The notes beneath the pieces are model-generated. The model was not told the DNA's origin. It made no database searches and saw only the letters and a list, made by a program, of their open reading frames with translations. Positions 10,929 to 22,872 of a DNA stretch of 64,000 bases are shown in pieces (the first letter of the stretch is position 1; every line of letters begins with the position of its first letter). Where the stretch lies: assembly GCA_000091205.1 (NCBI GenBank), contig AP006502.2, one strand, 5' to 3'. The DNA is from Cyanidioschyzon merolae (taxonomy: Eukaryota). The translations under genes were made by a program, and so were the position numbers.

Positions 10929-11399
10929 TTATACTCTTCGGAGTAACAAATAGACACGATTATCCAAGCGCAAGTCCGCGAGGTCAATGACATTTCGACT
11001 ACCCTGAAGACGCATCAGCAGACCGCCAAAGCTTATACAAACCGCAGATTGATGCGCACCTTCCGATTCCTGGTGGAAAACCTTGCCGCACATCACGTAA
11101 TCATATCGGTTGATAACTGTCGGTGCACCAGACTGATCATAGGTGCCGTCGCAGGGTGCACCGTCCAGCCTTACACTTGACATGAGAACCAGCAGAAAAC
11201 GGTCGCCCGCTCGAACCGGAAACAACTGGCTATGCACATCGAGCGTAAGTCGCATACGCTGCTGCAGTGACTCTGCTACCAGACGACTGACCCGGTCGAA
11301 CTTTTTCTCACGCACTTTCCCCAAAGCCGGATTCCGCGGATCCTTGTACACCATATCCACCTCTTGGCAGATAAAGGTGTCTTCGAGTATGGTCGTCAT
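10929..11399 (-). CDS. RPB8: DNA-directed RNA polymerases I/II/III subunit RPABC3 (Rpb8)
   Basis: MTTILEDTFICQEVD...KFDRVSRLVAES...RLTLDVHSQLFPV...YDYVMCGKVF...SFGGLLMRLQG...NRVYLLLRR has full-length similarity to Rpb8, including the SFGGLLMRL motif. Confidence 0.85.
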   Translation of the reverse strand: MTTILEDTFICQEVDMVYKDPRNPALGKVREKKFDRVSRLVAESLQQRMRLTLDVHSQLFPVRAGDRFLLVLMSSVRLDGAPCDGTYDQSGAPTVINRYDYVMCGKVFHQESEGAHQSAVCISFGGLLMRLQGSRNVIDLADLRLDNRVYLLLRRV

Positions 11400-13357
11400 T
11401 TTGGCGTAGTGTCCTGTGCAGAGCTCTTCTATAACAGCGCCGCTTCTCGAACACAGTCCCAGTTGCAGAATAGGCAGCTAAATATGAGCACAAGGTACCT
11501 CGGAGAACTCCGGGTTTGAAGGGAGCGCTTGAAACACCTGGCCCGTCCTCGATTCCTGTCAAGCTTTCAAAAGCCCCAGATAGAGGTTCAAGTCCGATCC
11601 TGATTGGCGCTCGTTGCAAGCAGTGTTAAGCACCACCTGATCGTCGTCCGTTGTGGTGGTAACGCTACGTGCGACTCGGCGAGTTTCTATTCCCGGTGCG
11701 CGGCTTCTTCACAGGTCTCTGGACCTAAACGTAGTCTCCTGGGTCACAAGGAAAGATCTCAGAACAGATGGCGTTCTAAGTTGGTGACGATATGTGGTTT
11801 AGTTCCAAGGTGACCCAGATCCTCCTTCCGCAAAAGACAATCCCAATGAAGCCTCAGCAGCGAGCCAACCAGACGTTGTCCTTGCAACAGCCAGTCGTCG
11901 CTAGGCAGCGGTCATGCGCTGCAGCGCCGAGTCGTGGAACGCTCGACGTTCTATTGACTCGACGGATGACGAACGCTGTCTTGTCGTTGTGTTCTCTGGT
12001 GACTGATCGTTGACGCTAACCAGAGGTTTTCTGGTTGCAGGACTGTTACGGGCTTCCATAAAAGCAAATATCCAACTATTCCAGACGCTCTTCCTTCATG
12101 TCGCCTAGCGTTCTCGTACTCACTGGACGTCGACGAAAGGCATCGATCTTGCGCCTCAGAGAATAGGATGTGTACTGCAGGGCCGAAGGGAACCCACCGC
12201 ATCGTCTGGAGACAAGATCAAGGCTCGAACTTGGAAACGCAATACGTTTGAGTACGTGCCGGAGCCTGTGTAGACACGGTGATCTTGAGCTCTCGGAAGA
12301 AAATTAGAGTTCTTGCGGACGTGGAACGCGCTTCTTCGCGGCGCCTGCTCTCTTCCTCACATCGAACGCAAGTCGAGCCAATGTTTTTGGTGCAGTAACC
12401 GATCCTGACGAGTTGAAAGTCGACGAGCGCCTCAAAACAGAGTTGTGTACAAGCACACTGGGCATTCTCTACAACGTCACTATCGGAGTACGGACAACAA
12501 ACCCATGATGAAAAAGCGCTCGCTCATAAGCGCCTAGGCGAAAGTCACTGGAATTTCACCATCCGCTCTCTCACCGAATGAGTGGAAGCACCTCTGGAGC
12601 CTGGGTCTTTTCACCGCACGCCGCCATGTCCGCACAGAGCCATGCAATGCTGCACGAGTCCTGCGATCCATCCTAGGTTCATGATCCCGATACGTAAAGG
12701 AACCTAATGCTTGTGGCGCTGCGGTTCTAGAGGTCAGCTCGATTAGCCGCCAGCCCCATACGCGGTTCAGATGACCGCAAAGCCCCCAGGACTGAGCAGT
12801 ACCGCTCACGTCCACGAGCACCCGTGCTGCCCGTCAGTGGACCCGTCGACCATAGACAGGCCATTCGCTGAGCATGCCGCGCACTGTTCACGCAAGAGAC
12901 GTGTACCCCAGGGGGATTGCAAAAGTTTACATGCTCGTCAGTTGCTCCAAATAGGGTATCTGCGGAAGCGCATCGAGCGCCCATTGCACATTGAGCATCA
13001 GTCGCAACGCCAGTCCTTGAAAGCGAGCTCCACCGTCGAGCGTCTCGTGCTCTGTAAATCACCACTGCCTCCGACAGAGCGCATCACGCGAATATCGACC
13101 GAGCAGCTCCGAGTCCCGGACCAAAGACCCGTTTCCATGTGAGGCCCTGCGTGAATCATGATATCAGGCGCTACTGTGGTCGCCGTCCCTGCTTCGTGCC
13201 AGCAGTTGGTGCAGGTGGCACCACGCCCATCCAGTCAACGCCACAGGTCCCGGAGAATCTGGAATATCCAACGGCACTAGCATCCACCTGGCGCCGTGCG
13301 AAGACACATTGTTTTCACTGTTTCTGGGTCGCAATATTCGCATCCCTCTGGACTGGT

Positions 13358-15826
13358 TTACGAGCATACTCGGTAGCCGTCCTCGAGCTGCTGAATTTCG
13401 TCCGGAAGCAGTTCCCGAATCCGGCGCGTTACTGGATCGAAACGATACGGAATGTTACCCAGTTCGCCATCGAAGCGATTCTTCCGCACATCCAGGTACT
13501 TGTAATGACGTCCGTTCTGAATGATGATCACATTATCGGCTTCCTGGGTTGCTTTCGCGCTTCCAAAAACGCTGGCTGTTTTGAGAAGTTGATCTTCGTC
13601 TTCTTTGCGCGGATGGATCACGACTGAGACGTGTACGTTATGTTCCGTCGCAAAAGCGCGAAACTTTTCAATGGCGCGATCCATGATCTCAAAGCGCTCG
13701 TATCCACGCCCCTGTCCACTCGTCATGAATTGCAAATTATCTAGTACCACATGAGCGACATCGTAAACATATGCTGCGTATTCCATAGCGTGAATGACCT
13801 GATCCACATCGCTGGACCCGAAGAATCGCAGAAAATAAAGAGGAAGTTGTTCAAACTGGTCAGCGACTTGATCGAACCGTTCCCCCATGGCATCCAGACC
13901 GATGCCGGCGAACTGACTGAGCATCACTTTCGCCATCCGAACATTGTTCAGTTCGAACGAACCCCAGAGTGTATTCGCACCTTGCATGCAATAATCAAGC
14001 GAGAGTTGCGATAGCACTGTGGTTTTCCCAACGCCGGTCGGTCCAGAAAAGATGGTGAGCTCGCCGCGACGGTGACCCTTCAGCAGACGATTAAGTCCGG
14101 GCAAGGTCTGACTCTGGAGGCCACGAACCTGCACAGGATTCGCCAACTCTCGCTGGACATCGGCCCGCAGGTCAGCAAACGTTACGATTCGCTCGTGCGG
14201 CACTGGACGTGCTCGCTCGATCATGGCGAAGAGGTCGCGCTGCTGCAAAAGCGCCTCGTTTGCGTCCTTCGGGCCGCTTCCATTGCCGCTTCCAACAAGA
14301 AAGCAGCGTTGCAACCCGAGCTTGTGTGCGAACTGCCTCGCTCCATCGTGTCCAGGGATATCGTCATCGAGCCAGAGATAAATCCGCTTGAAACGCTCCA
14401 ACCAGGTGAGAAGCGCAGGAGGCAGGGATCGAGCGCCGTTCGGAAGCGACACCGCACTGAGGCCCGTTGACTGGTGCACCGCCATCGCGTCAAACTCGCC
14501 CTCAGTCACCACGAGACACTCTGCATCCGCAGGGACAAGATGCATACCGAAAAGACCCCAGTAGCCACCACGCGGCTCCAGTCGCATTGCCGACTTGCGC
14601 AGCACAGAACGGATCTTCAGCCGCAACACGCGTGATGGCGGTGGAACACTGGAGTCCTGGCAGGCGCTCTCTTCGCTGCCGAGATTGGACCCTGCAGGGT
14701 TCGGGTCACGTCGGTGGTCTAGCTCCACCAGCGTTGATGGAGCACGCGTGGTAAGCCATTCCGGCTCTATCCACGGGAAGGTGATGCAGTCGTGCTCGGA
14801 CCAGATGTCTGCGGTGCTGCCGCTATCACGAAAACGAAAGCGGCCGGCTCCGACGCGGAACTTGCGTGCAGTTGCGAGTTGCAAGCCACGGGATTTCAGG
14901 AACTGTTTGACTGCGTCACTGCTCTCTAGGCGTGCTTCGCACTGAGCTGCAAGAGCCGCATCAACCACAGGCAACTGCTCCGTTGCCACTGAGTCTATTT
15001 GTGACGTATTAGCGCTCACTGACGCCGCTCCTGAATCCGCGGGGCGAGCACTTGTTGGATGCGCGCCTGGAGCAAGGTGCGCGTTTTCAGGAAACTGACC
15101 TCTCCAGCTAAGTGGTTCCAGGATATCACCAAAACTTCGTTTCAAGTCCCAGTGGTTGCCTTTCGCGCCACAGCGATGGCAGAAAAACACGCCACTAGAC
15201 GTATGGACGTAAAGTTTGAACATGTTGTCCGCCTTGCCGCGCACGGGCGGGCAAAAGGGACAGATGCGGACCACTGCGTGCTGGTCCATCATACGGACCT
15301 CGAGGCCTTTGTCTTCGAGATAGCGTACCATATGACCCGGGGGCAGTTCGAAGAATTGGGAAACAAACGGTGTTCCCGTGGGCGTCTCTCGTATCGGGGG
15401 GCGCGTTCGACGCTGAGGCCAGCGAGCCACTGCGGGCCACAGCGCCGCAGCTCTCAGATCGCGGAGACTCCAAGCGTTGCTGACACCTCGTCGCAGGGCG
15501 TCATGGTCGCTGTTTGTGTAGTTCAAGGGCTCACCATAAATTTCCGGCGGAAACAGGTCTGCTGGTGGTGCGCCAGCGTCCGCTGGCGTTGGATCGTTCG
15601 ACGCCTCTCGTCGGGCAGCATTATCTGTTGTCGGTCCGGGAGAGCCTTGGTTCGCTTTGTCCGAGCGCAGTGTACGCTTCAAACGCACCGGTGTGCTGCC
15701 CGCTCTCTTCAGTGAAAAACTATGGGCTAGAAACGAACGAACAGGTCCCAGGGACGGAAACAGCTGTCGCGACAGCGAAACCCACTTCCACTGCACAAGT
15801 CGCGCTCCATCTTTCCAGTATGTCAT
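13358..15826 (-). CDS. TWNK: Twinkle-type organellar primase-helicase (T7 gp4-like: zinc finger + TOPRIM + DnaB-like helicase)
   Basis: Zn-binding CPFCPPVRGK...FFCHRCGAKG. TOPRIM LVVTEGEFDAMAV. Helicase motifs GPTGVGKTTVLSQLSLDYCMQGANTLWGSFELNNVRMAKVMLSQFAG and VVLDNLQFM are closely similar to metazoan Twinkle. The Arg/Ser-rich N-terminus is presequence-like. Confidence 0.85.
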   Translation of the reverse strand: MTYWKDGARLVQWKWVSLSRQLFPSLGPVRSFLAHSFSLKRAGSTPVRLKRTLRSDKANQGSPGPTTDNAARREASNDPTPADAGAPPADLFPPEIYGEPLNYTNSDHDALRRGVSNAWSLRDLRAAALWPAVARWPQRRTRPPIRETPTGTPFVSQFFELPPGHMVRYLEDKGLEVRMMDQHAVVRICPFCPPVRGKADNMFKLYVHTSSGVFFCHRCGAKGNHWDLKRSFGDILEPLSWRGQFPENAHLAPGAHPTSARPADSGAASVSANTSQIDSVATEQLPVVDAALAAQCEARLESSDAVKQFLKSRGLQLATARKFRVGAGRFRFRDSGSTADIWSEHDCITFPWIEPEWLTTRAPSTLVELDHRRDPNPAGSNLGSEESACQDSSVPPPSRVLRLKIRSVLRKSAMRLEPRGGYWGLFGMHLVPADAECLVVTEGEFDAMAVHQSTGLSAVSLPNGARSLPPALLTWLERFKRIYLWLDDDIPGHDGARQFAHKLGLQRCFLVGSGNGSGPKDANEALLQQRDLFAMIERARPVPHERIVTFADLRADVQRELANPVQVRGLQSQTLPGLNRLLKGHRRGELTIFSGPTGVGKTTVLSQLSLDYCMQGANTLWGSFELNNVRMAKVMLSQFAGIGLDAMGERFDQVADQFEQLPLYFLRFFGSSDVDQVIHAMEYAAYVYDVAHVVLDNLQFMTSGQGRGYERFEIMDRAIEKFRAFATEHNVHVSVVIHPRKEDEDQLLKTASVFGSAKATQEADNVIIIQNGRHYKYLDVRKNRFDGELGNIPYRFDPVTRRIRELLPDEIQQLEDGYRVCS

Positions 15827-16559
15827 TAGCTCCTTGGCATGGCGAAGGTCGTGTCTGCCGCACTCACAGCCACCGAAGTACAGTTAATCAAGTTAACGTT
15901 GCGTACTTGGTCGTGTCGATTCGTACAGGCCGCTAGGAGTCGTTCGCGTTACCGCCTCGTGCAGAAAGTCGACCTGGGCGGGCACCCAAGTTGCGTACTG
16001 CGATGCTGCATCTGAAGCTGTATATAATTGTAGGTTTCTGGACAGAAAGACTTTGCTGCTGGATTGTGTGGAAGATGTATCATTTAATGGATATTTGGCA
16101 GACAATTGTCCATGATATACACATCTGGAATTAGGTTCTTTTCTGTACAAAATGGTTCAACGAGTGCCTGGCTCAGCGCGCAGTCGCTGCATCGATTGAT
16201 TCCAGTTTTATTCGGCAACGCTACTGTTGAAGCCGCCGCTGTCCCTGCAGAGCAACGGAGTCGCGTGGGTTTGTGTATGGGATATGCGCTGGAGCGTGCG
16301 CTGTGAAACGCAACCATAGACGATCCTCTCGTAAAGCTTGCATACCAGGTCTGTAAGCGGCACGCACGGCGTACAGGTCACTGAGCCCACGCAGCAGCGC
16401 GGGCGACGGCCACCGTGGTCTACCTGCGTACTCCCGCAGACCAGCCGCTTCGTATAGAACGCTCGTGCCTGGTGATAGCCGTGCTCATCACAACGCATAT
16501 TCAACGCGTTTGAACAGTCCGTTCGTTCCGAGTTCATACAGCAACCTTGCTCGGGGAAG

Positions 16560-19500
16560 ATGCACGTTGCACTGAACGCCTTCGAGGGGCTCACGTGGGA
16601 GTCGCGCGCTCGAGTGCTTCTCGCAGCCGCTCAGGTGTCGTTACCAGCGGACACCGGTGCCTTTCTGCAGCAGATCCGTGCAGCTTTGGAGGCGCTGGAT
16701 CCTCGGCGACTAGAATCTCCGGACGAGATCGCGGGTCTTTTGAAGAGTCAGAAATTGTTTTCTGGTGATCTGGAGCCGGTTCACCTCGACCAAATGCGTC
16801 TCCATTCTGTCGCATATCTGGCACCGTCGCGGGTTGAGCTGGTCGGCAGCTACGCGCTGGGTACGGTGGTTGCGCTGCCTGAGCCGCCGCTGGTTGACGT
16901 TGCCTTCGAAGTTCCGCGGAAATTCTTGCTCGAAAAGGATTACCTCGATGGACGGTACCACGTCAGGCGGCTTGTGTATCTCGCAGAGGTTGTTCGACAA
17001 CTTCGCGACCGTGTTCCCGATCTTGAAGCGACTTGGGTACCATCGAATTCTTTCACGAGATCCGAGAATCCGCTCCTGCATGCCGCGTTACAGAAACCAG
17101 TAGTCGTGCTCTCATCTCCGAAGGTATCTGGTAGGATTCGCTTGTTGCCTGCCCTAACTCCTGATAAGTTTCCGAAGCTGATGCAGCGCCCTGAGCTATA
17201 CTGCTTTCGAGCATTTCAAGATTTGCCGCAGGAGAATGAGCGCATTGCTCTGAACACGCATTATGTCAACAGCATCCGCAGCGACTGGAGCATCTGGGCG
17301 GATTTTGACTTGCTTGTGGCGACAACCAAGCGCTACGCAATTGTGTCGGATTGTGTGCGTCTCCTCAAACTCTGGTCAGCGAACCGACAACTGACGCTGA
17401 TAGAACCCGTGGAGGCGGCTCGCAGGCTCGTATCGGGCCACGAACTCGCTCTGCAGACTGCTCAGCTGGTGGAACAGGGCGAATTCCCTGCTCACGCCGC
17501 CTCCCTGAGTCGACTGGTGTTGGCAGTGTTCCGAGCGATACGAGCTCGCCTGCCTGTCGAACCCAGTATCGTGCGGGTTGAAGTGGAAGCAGCGCTGCGC
17601 TCGTTTGCGAGTCGATTGCGTGAGCTGGACCAAGTTGGCGGCATTTACTACACGCTTGCTGGCTGCTGCATGGAGCCGCTCGCGTACTTCGATAGCATCT
17701 TGCAGGTAACGCAGCGACGATCGGCGAAACGAAACCCACGCGATGCTACTCTCGACACCCTTCGAGGAGAATGGTTACAGCGAGTGTTTCGAACGCTGCG
17801 CCGAGCGCTCGGTGATCGTGTGGCGTATCTGGGGGTGCTCCCACGAAGACAGCACGCGAATACCAACTTCGTACAGGTCGGCATCAAATGGCAGCCACAA
17901 AATATGTTGCGAACGATTGATCGTGACCCCGATGAGCAGTTTTGGGGCAGCGGGCGTCTCGAATGGCGTCGCTTCCGATCCGGGGAGATTTTGCATTGCC
18001 TCGTGTGGGCCGAGTCCAGTATTGAACGCTTCCAGATACCCCAGCGAATTGTGGATGCAGCGCTGAAGAAGGAGCCAGATGCACAGGCCAAAGGGAACAC
18101 GCTCTGGTTGCTCGAGGAGCGACACACGCCCGGGCTTTGGACCCGCGAACACCTGGACCTCCGCCGTTGGCGCTACGTGAAGGATCCCCGCTCGCTCGCA
18201 TTGTATCAGGCCCGTTGTGTACTTTTGGGAAAGATGTATCAAGCGCTTTGCCAGCTTCTCATGGACGCAGACGGTGCGATTGGTATCAGCAAGGTCTTGC
18301 CGCTGCGGGTACAGGCCGTGCACGTTGCGGTGAACGACGGTGAATGGCTCCGCCATACCGCAGTGGAATGGCCGGAGCTCCAGGAGAACCTCCAGGGACG
18401 ATGGGCGAGTCGATACCGTCTCACCGCACACGTCGAGCTGGAGAGCACCCATTTATGGCCCGATGCAACCGAGTCAGCGGATGCCGCTCAGGCAGTTCGA
18501 GTTGCTTTCACGATTGCGCTGTATCGCGCACTGAAACGAGGTCTGCGGAAGCACGCAGAACGCTTACCGGTGCCAGTGCGTTTCATACAGGCCACCAGAC
18601 ATGGCGACCTGCTGCTGCTGCTGGGCTGCTTCCCCATCCGTCTTCGAGTCTGTTCGGCCGCTGAGGCTGTTTCGATGTCCGCTGCGTTTCGCCTTCACGC
18701 TCAGCTATCATCGATCTCGAGTCGATTCCCGGCTTTTGGGCCAACAGCACGGCTCGCGAAGCGCTTTCTCGCTGCGCATGGTCTTGTGGATCTGGCGGGT
18801 ATCGACGGCTTGTCTCCTGCCGCAGTGGAATTGCTCTTATCGCGTCTTTTTACCGATCCGCTCCCCTGGGGAGACTGTCCGGCGACTGCCTGGGGCGGCC
18901 TCGTTCGCTTCCTGCACCTGATCGCCAAAACTGAGACGGCGTTAACAGAGCCGCTGGTGATCCCCATTTTGAACCTGTCCGAGGATGAGCCACCCTGGTA
19001 TCCAGAAACCGGTGGACTCGAGTCGTCTGTCGCTTCCAAGCATTGTTGGCTCCGTTTGTGTACTGCAAGCGATCCTTGTGGCACGTTGCTCACGAAGCAA
19101 GTCGCTGCGGAAGTTGTTCGTCGTATGAGATTGGTGTGCAGGGCGGCCTTGCAACATCTGGGTGACGCCCTGCACCAGGACGGCGGCCTAGAGCCAGACC
19201 ATCTCGGGGTCATCTTCCGTCCGCCTCCGCTAGCTTCATTCTGTGATCTGGTGCTGGAGCTCGAACACGCTCTGGTGCCCGAACAAGTCATCGTAGACTC
19301 CGGCCTGGGTGTAGCGGACCGTGAGGTGCACGCTCCTGACGAGTTGCGGCAGCGTTTCGGTATCGCGGACGCAACCACAGAGCAATGGCTTGTTGGTTTC
19401 GATCCGATCGGTATGTATCTCCGTTGGTTGCGAGAGATGTTCGGAGACCTCTGGGTGTTTCTGTACGACGCCTATGGAGGCCGCTGGATTGGGGGTATCT

Positions 19501-19712
19501 GGCGCAGCGCAGCGTCGCAACCAGCCCTGTCCCTAGATGTTAGCCGCACAAGCTATCGTCGCGTGGTCAAGTCTGGCGCGCGCATACCAGCCGACTCGCG
19601 ACTAGAATGGAACTTGCCTGAAATACTACATGACATGCATGCTGTTGGCGCCGGACTTGTGCGGGAAATTCGTCTTTGTGGACAACTCACTGGTGCGTGC
19701 AGCGGATACTGA
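16560..19712 (+). CDS. NOL6: Nucleolar protein 6 / Nrap (UTP22), SSU processome component
   Basis: Nucleotidyltransferase-fold block VELVGSYALGTVVALPEPPLVDVAFEVPRKFLLEKDYLDGRYHVRRLVYLAEVV. The C-terminal block LREMFGDLWVFLYDAYGGRWIGGIWRS and ARLAKRFLAAH also match Nrap. Size is 1050 aa. Confidence 0.75.
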   Translation: MHVALNAFEGLTWESRARVLLAAAQVSLPADTGAFLQQIRAALEALDPRRLESPDEIAGLLKSQKLFSGDLEPVHLDQMRLHSVAYLAPSRVELVGSYALGTVVALPEPPLVDVAFEVPRKFLLEKDYLDGRYHVRRLVYLAEVVRQLRDRVPDLEATWVPSNSFTRSENPLLHAALQKPVVVLSSPKVSGRIRLLPALTPDKFPKLMQRPELYCFRAFQDLPQENERIALNTHYVNSIRSDWSIWADFDLLVATTKRYAIVSDCVRLLKLWSANRQLTLIEPVEAARRLVSGHELALQTAQLVEQGEFPAHAASLSRLVLAVFRAIRARLPVEPSIVRVEVEAALRSFASRLRELDQVGGIYYTLAGCCMEPLAYFDSILQVTQRRSAKRNPRDATLDTLRGEWLQRVFRTLRRALGDRVAYLGVLPRRQHANTNFVQVGIKWQPQNMLRTIDRDPDEQFWGSGRLEWRRFRSGEILHCLVWAESSIERFQIPQRIVDAALKKEPDAQAKGNTLWLLEERHTPGLWTREHLDLRRWRYVKDPRSLALYQARCVLLGKMYQALCQLLMDADGAIGISKVLPLRVQAVHVAVNDGEWLRHTAVEWPELQENLQGRWASRYRLTAHVELESTHLWPDATESADAAQAVRVAFTIALYRALKRGLRKHAERLPVPVRFIQATRHGDLLLLLGCFPIRLRVCSAAEAVSMSAAFRLHAQLSSISSRFPAFGPTARLAKRFLAAHGLVDLAGIDGLSPAAVELLLSRLFTDPLPWGDCPATAWGGLVRFLHLIAKTETALTEPLVIPILNLSEDEPPWYPETGGLESSVASKHCWLRLCTASDPCGTLLTKQVAAEVVRRMRLVCRAALQHLGDALHQDGGLEPDHLGVIFRPPPLASFCDLVLELEHALVPEQVIVDSGLGVADREVHAPDELRQRFGIADATTEQWLVGFDPIGMYLRWLREMFGDLWVFLYDAYGGRWIGGIWRSAASQPALSLDVSRTSYRRVVKSGARIPADSRLEWNLPEILHDMHAVGAGLVREIRLCGQLTGACSGY

Positions 19713-20232
19713 GCAACCTCGGGTAGGCGACGCCCTCAAGAGAGGTGGTCTACGCTCCCAAGCCTGGCCGCACAGCCGCGCATAATGCCCGAAGCATCCC
19801 ATGCGGTCGAAAAGTGAGGCATCGTGGTAGATGATGCACCGACTGGCGACACCCCTGGACTTGTTTCGAGCCGCATTCCTCACCATTAAAGCACGGAAAC
19901 TGCTGAACGCATTTCCGTATATCGCTGCGCTTGTGGTAATAGAGCGGTGCTGTTTCTCAGAGAAGCCTTTGGGCGGCGCGTCGTTGCGTACGCTTTCCGG
20001 GATACAGTGGATCCAGCTATCATTTGGGTCAACCGAGCTCTGGTCGCGTCGGAAGTACCCGCGCTGGACGATTTGCTTGAAGCCCGACCAAGAGCCTCGC
20101 CTCGAATATTGATCGTTTTTTAGCAACGCGCTCGCCCGTTCGCACACACTCTAGAGAACAGACGAACTTGGGTGGCAGTTTCAGGAGTGCAACGCTGCCA
20201 GTATATGGAACAGTGCCGCCGGGTCCAATGCC

Positions 20233-21369
20233 TCACAAAGTCGCGGACGCCTTGCGGTAATAAGGCGGCCACAGATCATAACCGAATCGCTCGTAATCCT
20301 CGGCGTACAATTTTCTAACCCTTTGCGCCAGACGTTCGTTCACGTGCTTGTGCAAGAGGCTTGCTGCGCTCTGGGAGTGCAGGGTATTCCGGCCGCTCGC
20401 TTGTGCTCGCTTCCGCATGGATTCGTGCCACTCGAGACCGGCCTGACCAAACATATCCACGTAAAACTTTCGAAGTGACTCGGGTTCATCTACTTTTCCG
20501 ATACAGTCGAAGAATGTCCGAGGCAGCATGCGAAAAAGGCAGAAGCCCGACTGTGGGCGCCAATGTTCGTCGAACGGTGTCAGATCTGGGGTCATGGTCT
20601 TTGCAGCCTCTTCCAGGTAGTCCACAAAACGTTCAAACGAGTGAGGGTATCGATTTTTCAATGGATATCGTTCCAGTTCGCGTCCAGCTTTGACTTTATC
20701 AAGGTAAGCCGACAGCAAGCGTGTAAGCGGATGGCGCACCAGGGCACCAAACTTCCACGATGGATCCGAGAGCACTCGAAGAAGCTCCTCGTCCTGCAAA
20801 TGAAGGAGCTGCGTCAAGTTTGCGCGGCCTTGCGGATGAATCAAGTGGATTTCATCGGCATCCAGGGGGTCCAGAACCACCCCCAGCGTTTCCCGCAAAG
20901 CAAATGCACGTGCGGCAGTACAACCGGCTTTCGGTATCGAGCAGAGCAGGCGCTGTTGTTTCGCGAATACGATAACGCCAACAAACGATTGCTCCTGTTC
21001 CCGACGCCAAAGATCAGAAATATTCTGAAAATACTCTGCAAGCGGTTTTTCATTGAAGAGACTTGCAAGCACTGGGGCTTGCCAGGAAAAGTTTACTGTG
21101 TGAGAACGATACTCACTCGGAGAAGATGTTTCGAGTCCGGGCGACGGAACCATGAGGGTTTGCAGCACGCGGTGCGAGGCCAGGATCAGAAGCAACACCC
21201 AGAAAACGGTGAACCAGAAAAACCACCGAAACCATAAATGCATATCTATTTCCTCTACACCGACACGTTGCTTTCCAGGGAAACGAGTGGGAAGATCGTG
21301 TTCCCTCACTCGCCTAATACAAAGCGCCAATGGCTGCAGAAGCGCTGGTGCGGAGTACGCCGCACGCAC
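20233..21369 (-). CDS. Golgi-type carbohydrate sulfotransferase (Sulfotransfer_2 family), type II membrane topology. The likely true start is the Met at 21243 (MHLWFRWFFWFTVFWVLLLIL).
   Basis: 5'-PSB-like IPKAGCTAARA and 3'-PB-like VRHPLTRLLSAYLDK, plus EHWRPQS and a C-terminal YAEDYERFGYDLWP. It is a paralog of 26163..27236. Confidence 0.6.
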   Translation of the reverse strand: MRAAYSAPALLQPLALCIRRVREHDLPTRFPGKQRVGVEEIDMHLWFRWFFWFTVFWVLLLILASHRVLQTLMVPSPGLETSSPSEYRSHTVNFSWQAPVLASLFNEKPLAEYFQNISDLWRREQEQSFVGVIVFAKQQRLLCSIPKAGCTAARAFALRETLGVVLDPLDADEIHLIHPQGRANLTQLLHLQDEELLRVLSDPSWKFGALVRHPLTRLLSAYLDKVKAGRELERYPLKNRYPHSFERFVDYLEEAAKTMTPDLTPFDEHWRPQSGFCLFRMLPRTFFDCIGKVDEPESLRKFYVDMFGQAGLEWHESMRKRAQASGRNTLHSQSAASLLHKHVNERLAQRVRKLYAEDYERFGYDLWPPYYRKASATL

Positions 21370-21457
21370 GCACCAAACGCCGTTCGAACTTGAACGACGT
21401 CGGGCGTGTACAGTAGTGGCGGGAAAACCGTCTTAGATTAGAAGTCTCCAACTGACG

Positions 21458-21561
21458 TGCAGATGCCTCCGCGCCTTTTTGGATCGGCCACCTCCTACTG
21501 CTTCCAACTTTCTCTCATATAGTTCGACTTGGACAGATTGTTCAATAAAGTGCTCTCTTGT
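21458..21561 (-). ncRNA. Candidate omega-RNA scaffold of copy B. The flank beyond 21457 (element orientation: gtcagttggagacttctaatct...) would be the guide.
   Basis: About 97% identical to 2478..2582. It ends at the same ...ggaggcatctgcac boundary. Confidence 0.35.
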
Positions 21562-22872
21562 CTATGATGGAGGTCTCTTCTCCAGTACCGCACATCTCCG
21601 TATATTGATAGCGGCGTTAAAGTCACGGTTCACAAATTCCATACGTTTCGTGCCGTTGGGAGTTGCACTTACTAATGCAAGTAGTCCACGAATTTTTGCC
21701 CTCCTTTCCATTTGCTCCTCCGTCAGTGGTCCGTACTTTGCTATATCCTCAGGGCTCCGCTGGCACTTTTCCATCTCCACCTTCTGAAGTATACACCCCA
21801 GCTCATGGTGTGTATACGATGCTCGAAACTCAACTATCGATACTGCAACAAAACGCCGTGCACACTCTTTGTACGTTCTCGTTGTTGGAGCTGGTGTACA
21901 CCCTTTTCGGATCTTCCAGCGCCCTGCTCCGTACGCTACGACGAGCCTCTGACTTTCATCCTCCTTCAGGGCGCTCAACTCATTACAAAAATTCGCGAAC
22001 ACCCGCTGCTTCCCACAGTATAGATTCATTCGCAAACGAGCCCAGCGGGGCTTGGTATACTCCTCTCCCAGCGCATCCCAGTGGGCAACACGAACTTCCA
22101 TGAATTTCCGAAAAGCCTCAAAGTCCGCTCCTCGCCTAGTCACCTCGCTCAAAGCTTCCAGGTGATCCTTCATTCCTTCATTCCAAGCCTCAATTTTCTT
22201 CCTTGCATTCATTGTACCGGATTCTCGATAGTATCTTGCTCTCGAGCACCTCAAAAGGCGCATGTCCTTCTGACGCAAGTTACCATCAGTACCATCTTCT
22301 GCACGCTTCGGTGCTGCGATGGTTATGATATGTGTGTTTCCGGGGTCCGCGCCAACGACAAAGTCGTTCCCCTGCACTTTCTGCACCGCAGGACCCGCCT
22401 TCTTCGTTTCCTCATGCTTCGCCGCGCCAACCATAAAGGCGTTATCCTGCACCTCCTGCATCACAGGATCCGCCTCCTTCTCATCTTCATGCTTCGCCGC
22501 GCCAACGACAAGATCGTCATCCTGCACCTCCTGCGCCACAGGACCAGCCTCCTCCTTTTCTTCATCCTTCGTGACGGGCGCAGCCGAGGGCGGAACTGGC
22601 CGATCTTTCTTCAACCACCGATAGTGTACATACAATGCTACTCCATCGGTTTCAATCACCCCAGTGAACAACTTTTGCTTGCTCGTTTTGAGACGTTTGA
22701 AATTGAAGGTGTTCTTCCAGTAGGTTTCCCGGTTTTCACCGGTGAAGTCCTCCCTGCTAACATCGAACTCCGGACTGTTCTCCCTCATGATGCCGTAGAG
22801 GACGCCGGAATCGATACTCACAAAGTGTGACTTGATGTTGCATAACGGAACGACGTTGAAGCGCTTCCCCAT
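21562..22872 (-). CDS. TnpB/Fanzor-like RuvC endonuclease homolog, intact 436 aa (about 93% aa identity to copy A)
   Basis: Same motifs as copy A: VVGADPGNT and [26 protein letters not shown]. Length and stop position are identical. Confidence 0.75.
   Translation of the reverse strand: MGKRFNVVPLCNIKSHFVSIDSGVLYGIMRENSPEFDVSREDFTGENRETYWKNTFNFKRLKTSKQKLFTGVIETDGVALYVHYRWLKKDRPVPPSAAPVTKDEEKEEAGPVAQEVQDDDLVVGAAKHEDEKEADPVMQEVQDNAFMVGAAKHEETKKAGPAVQKVQGNDFVVGADPGNTHIITIAAPKRAEDGTDGNLRQKDMRLLRCSRARYYRESGTMNARKKIEAWNEGMKDHLEALSEVTRRGADFEAFRKFMEVRVAHWDALGEEYTKPRWARLRMNLYCGKQRVFANFCNELSALKEDESQRLVVAYGAGRWKIRKGCTPAPTTRTYKECARRFVAVSIVEFRASYTHHELGCILQKVEMEKCQRSPEDIAKYGPLTEEQMERRAKIRGLLALVSATPNGTKRMEFVNRDFNAAINIRRCAVLEKRPPS
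22345..22569 (-). repeat. 3 x 75-bp in-frame tandem repeat inside the copy B nuclease gene (same as 1470..1694)
   Basis: The protein has an identical repeat structure. The antisense ORFs 22081..22830 and 22319..22624 are artefacts. Confidence 0.8.

Noticed and set aside
11595-11625. tRNA-like T-loop motif ggttcaagtcc
   Set aside because: No complementary T-stem, acceptor stem or anticodon arm could be folded on either strand, so this is a chance match.
17648-18452. 225-aa and 159-aa antisense ORFs inside NOL6
   Set aside because: The sense-strand NOL6 homology is strong. These are GC-rich antisense ORFs with Arg/Ser-rich, low-complexity composition.
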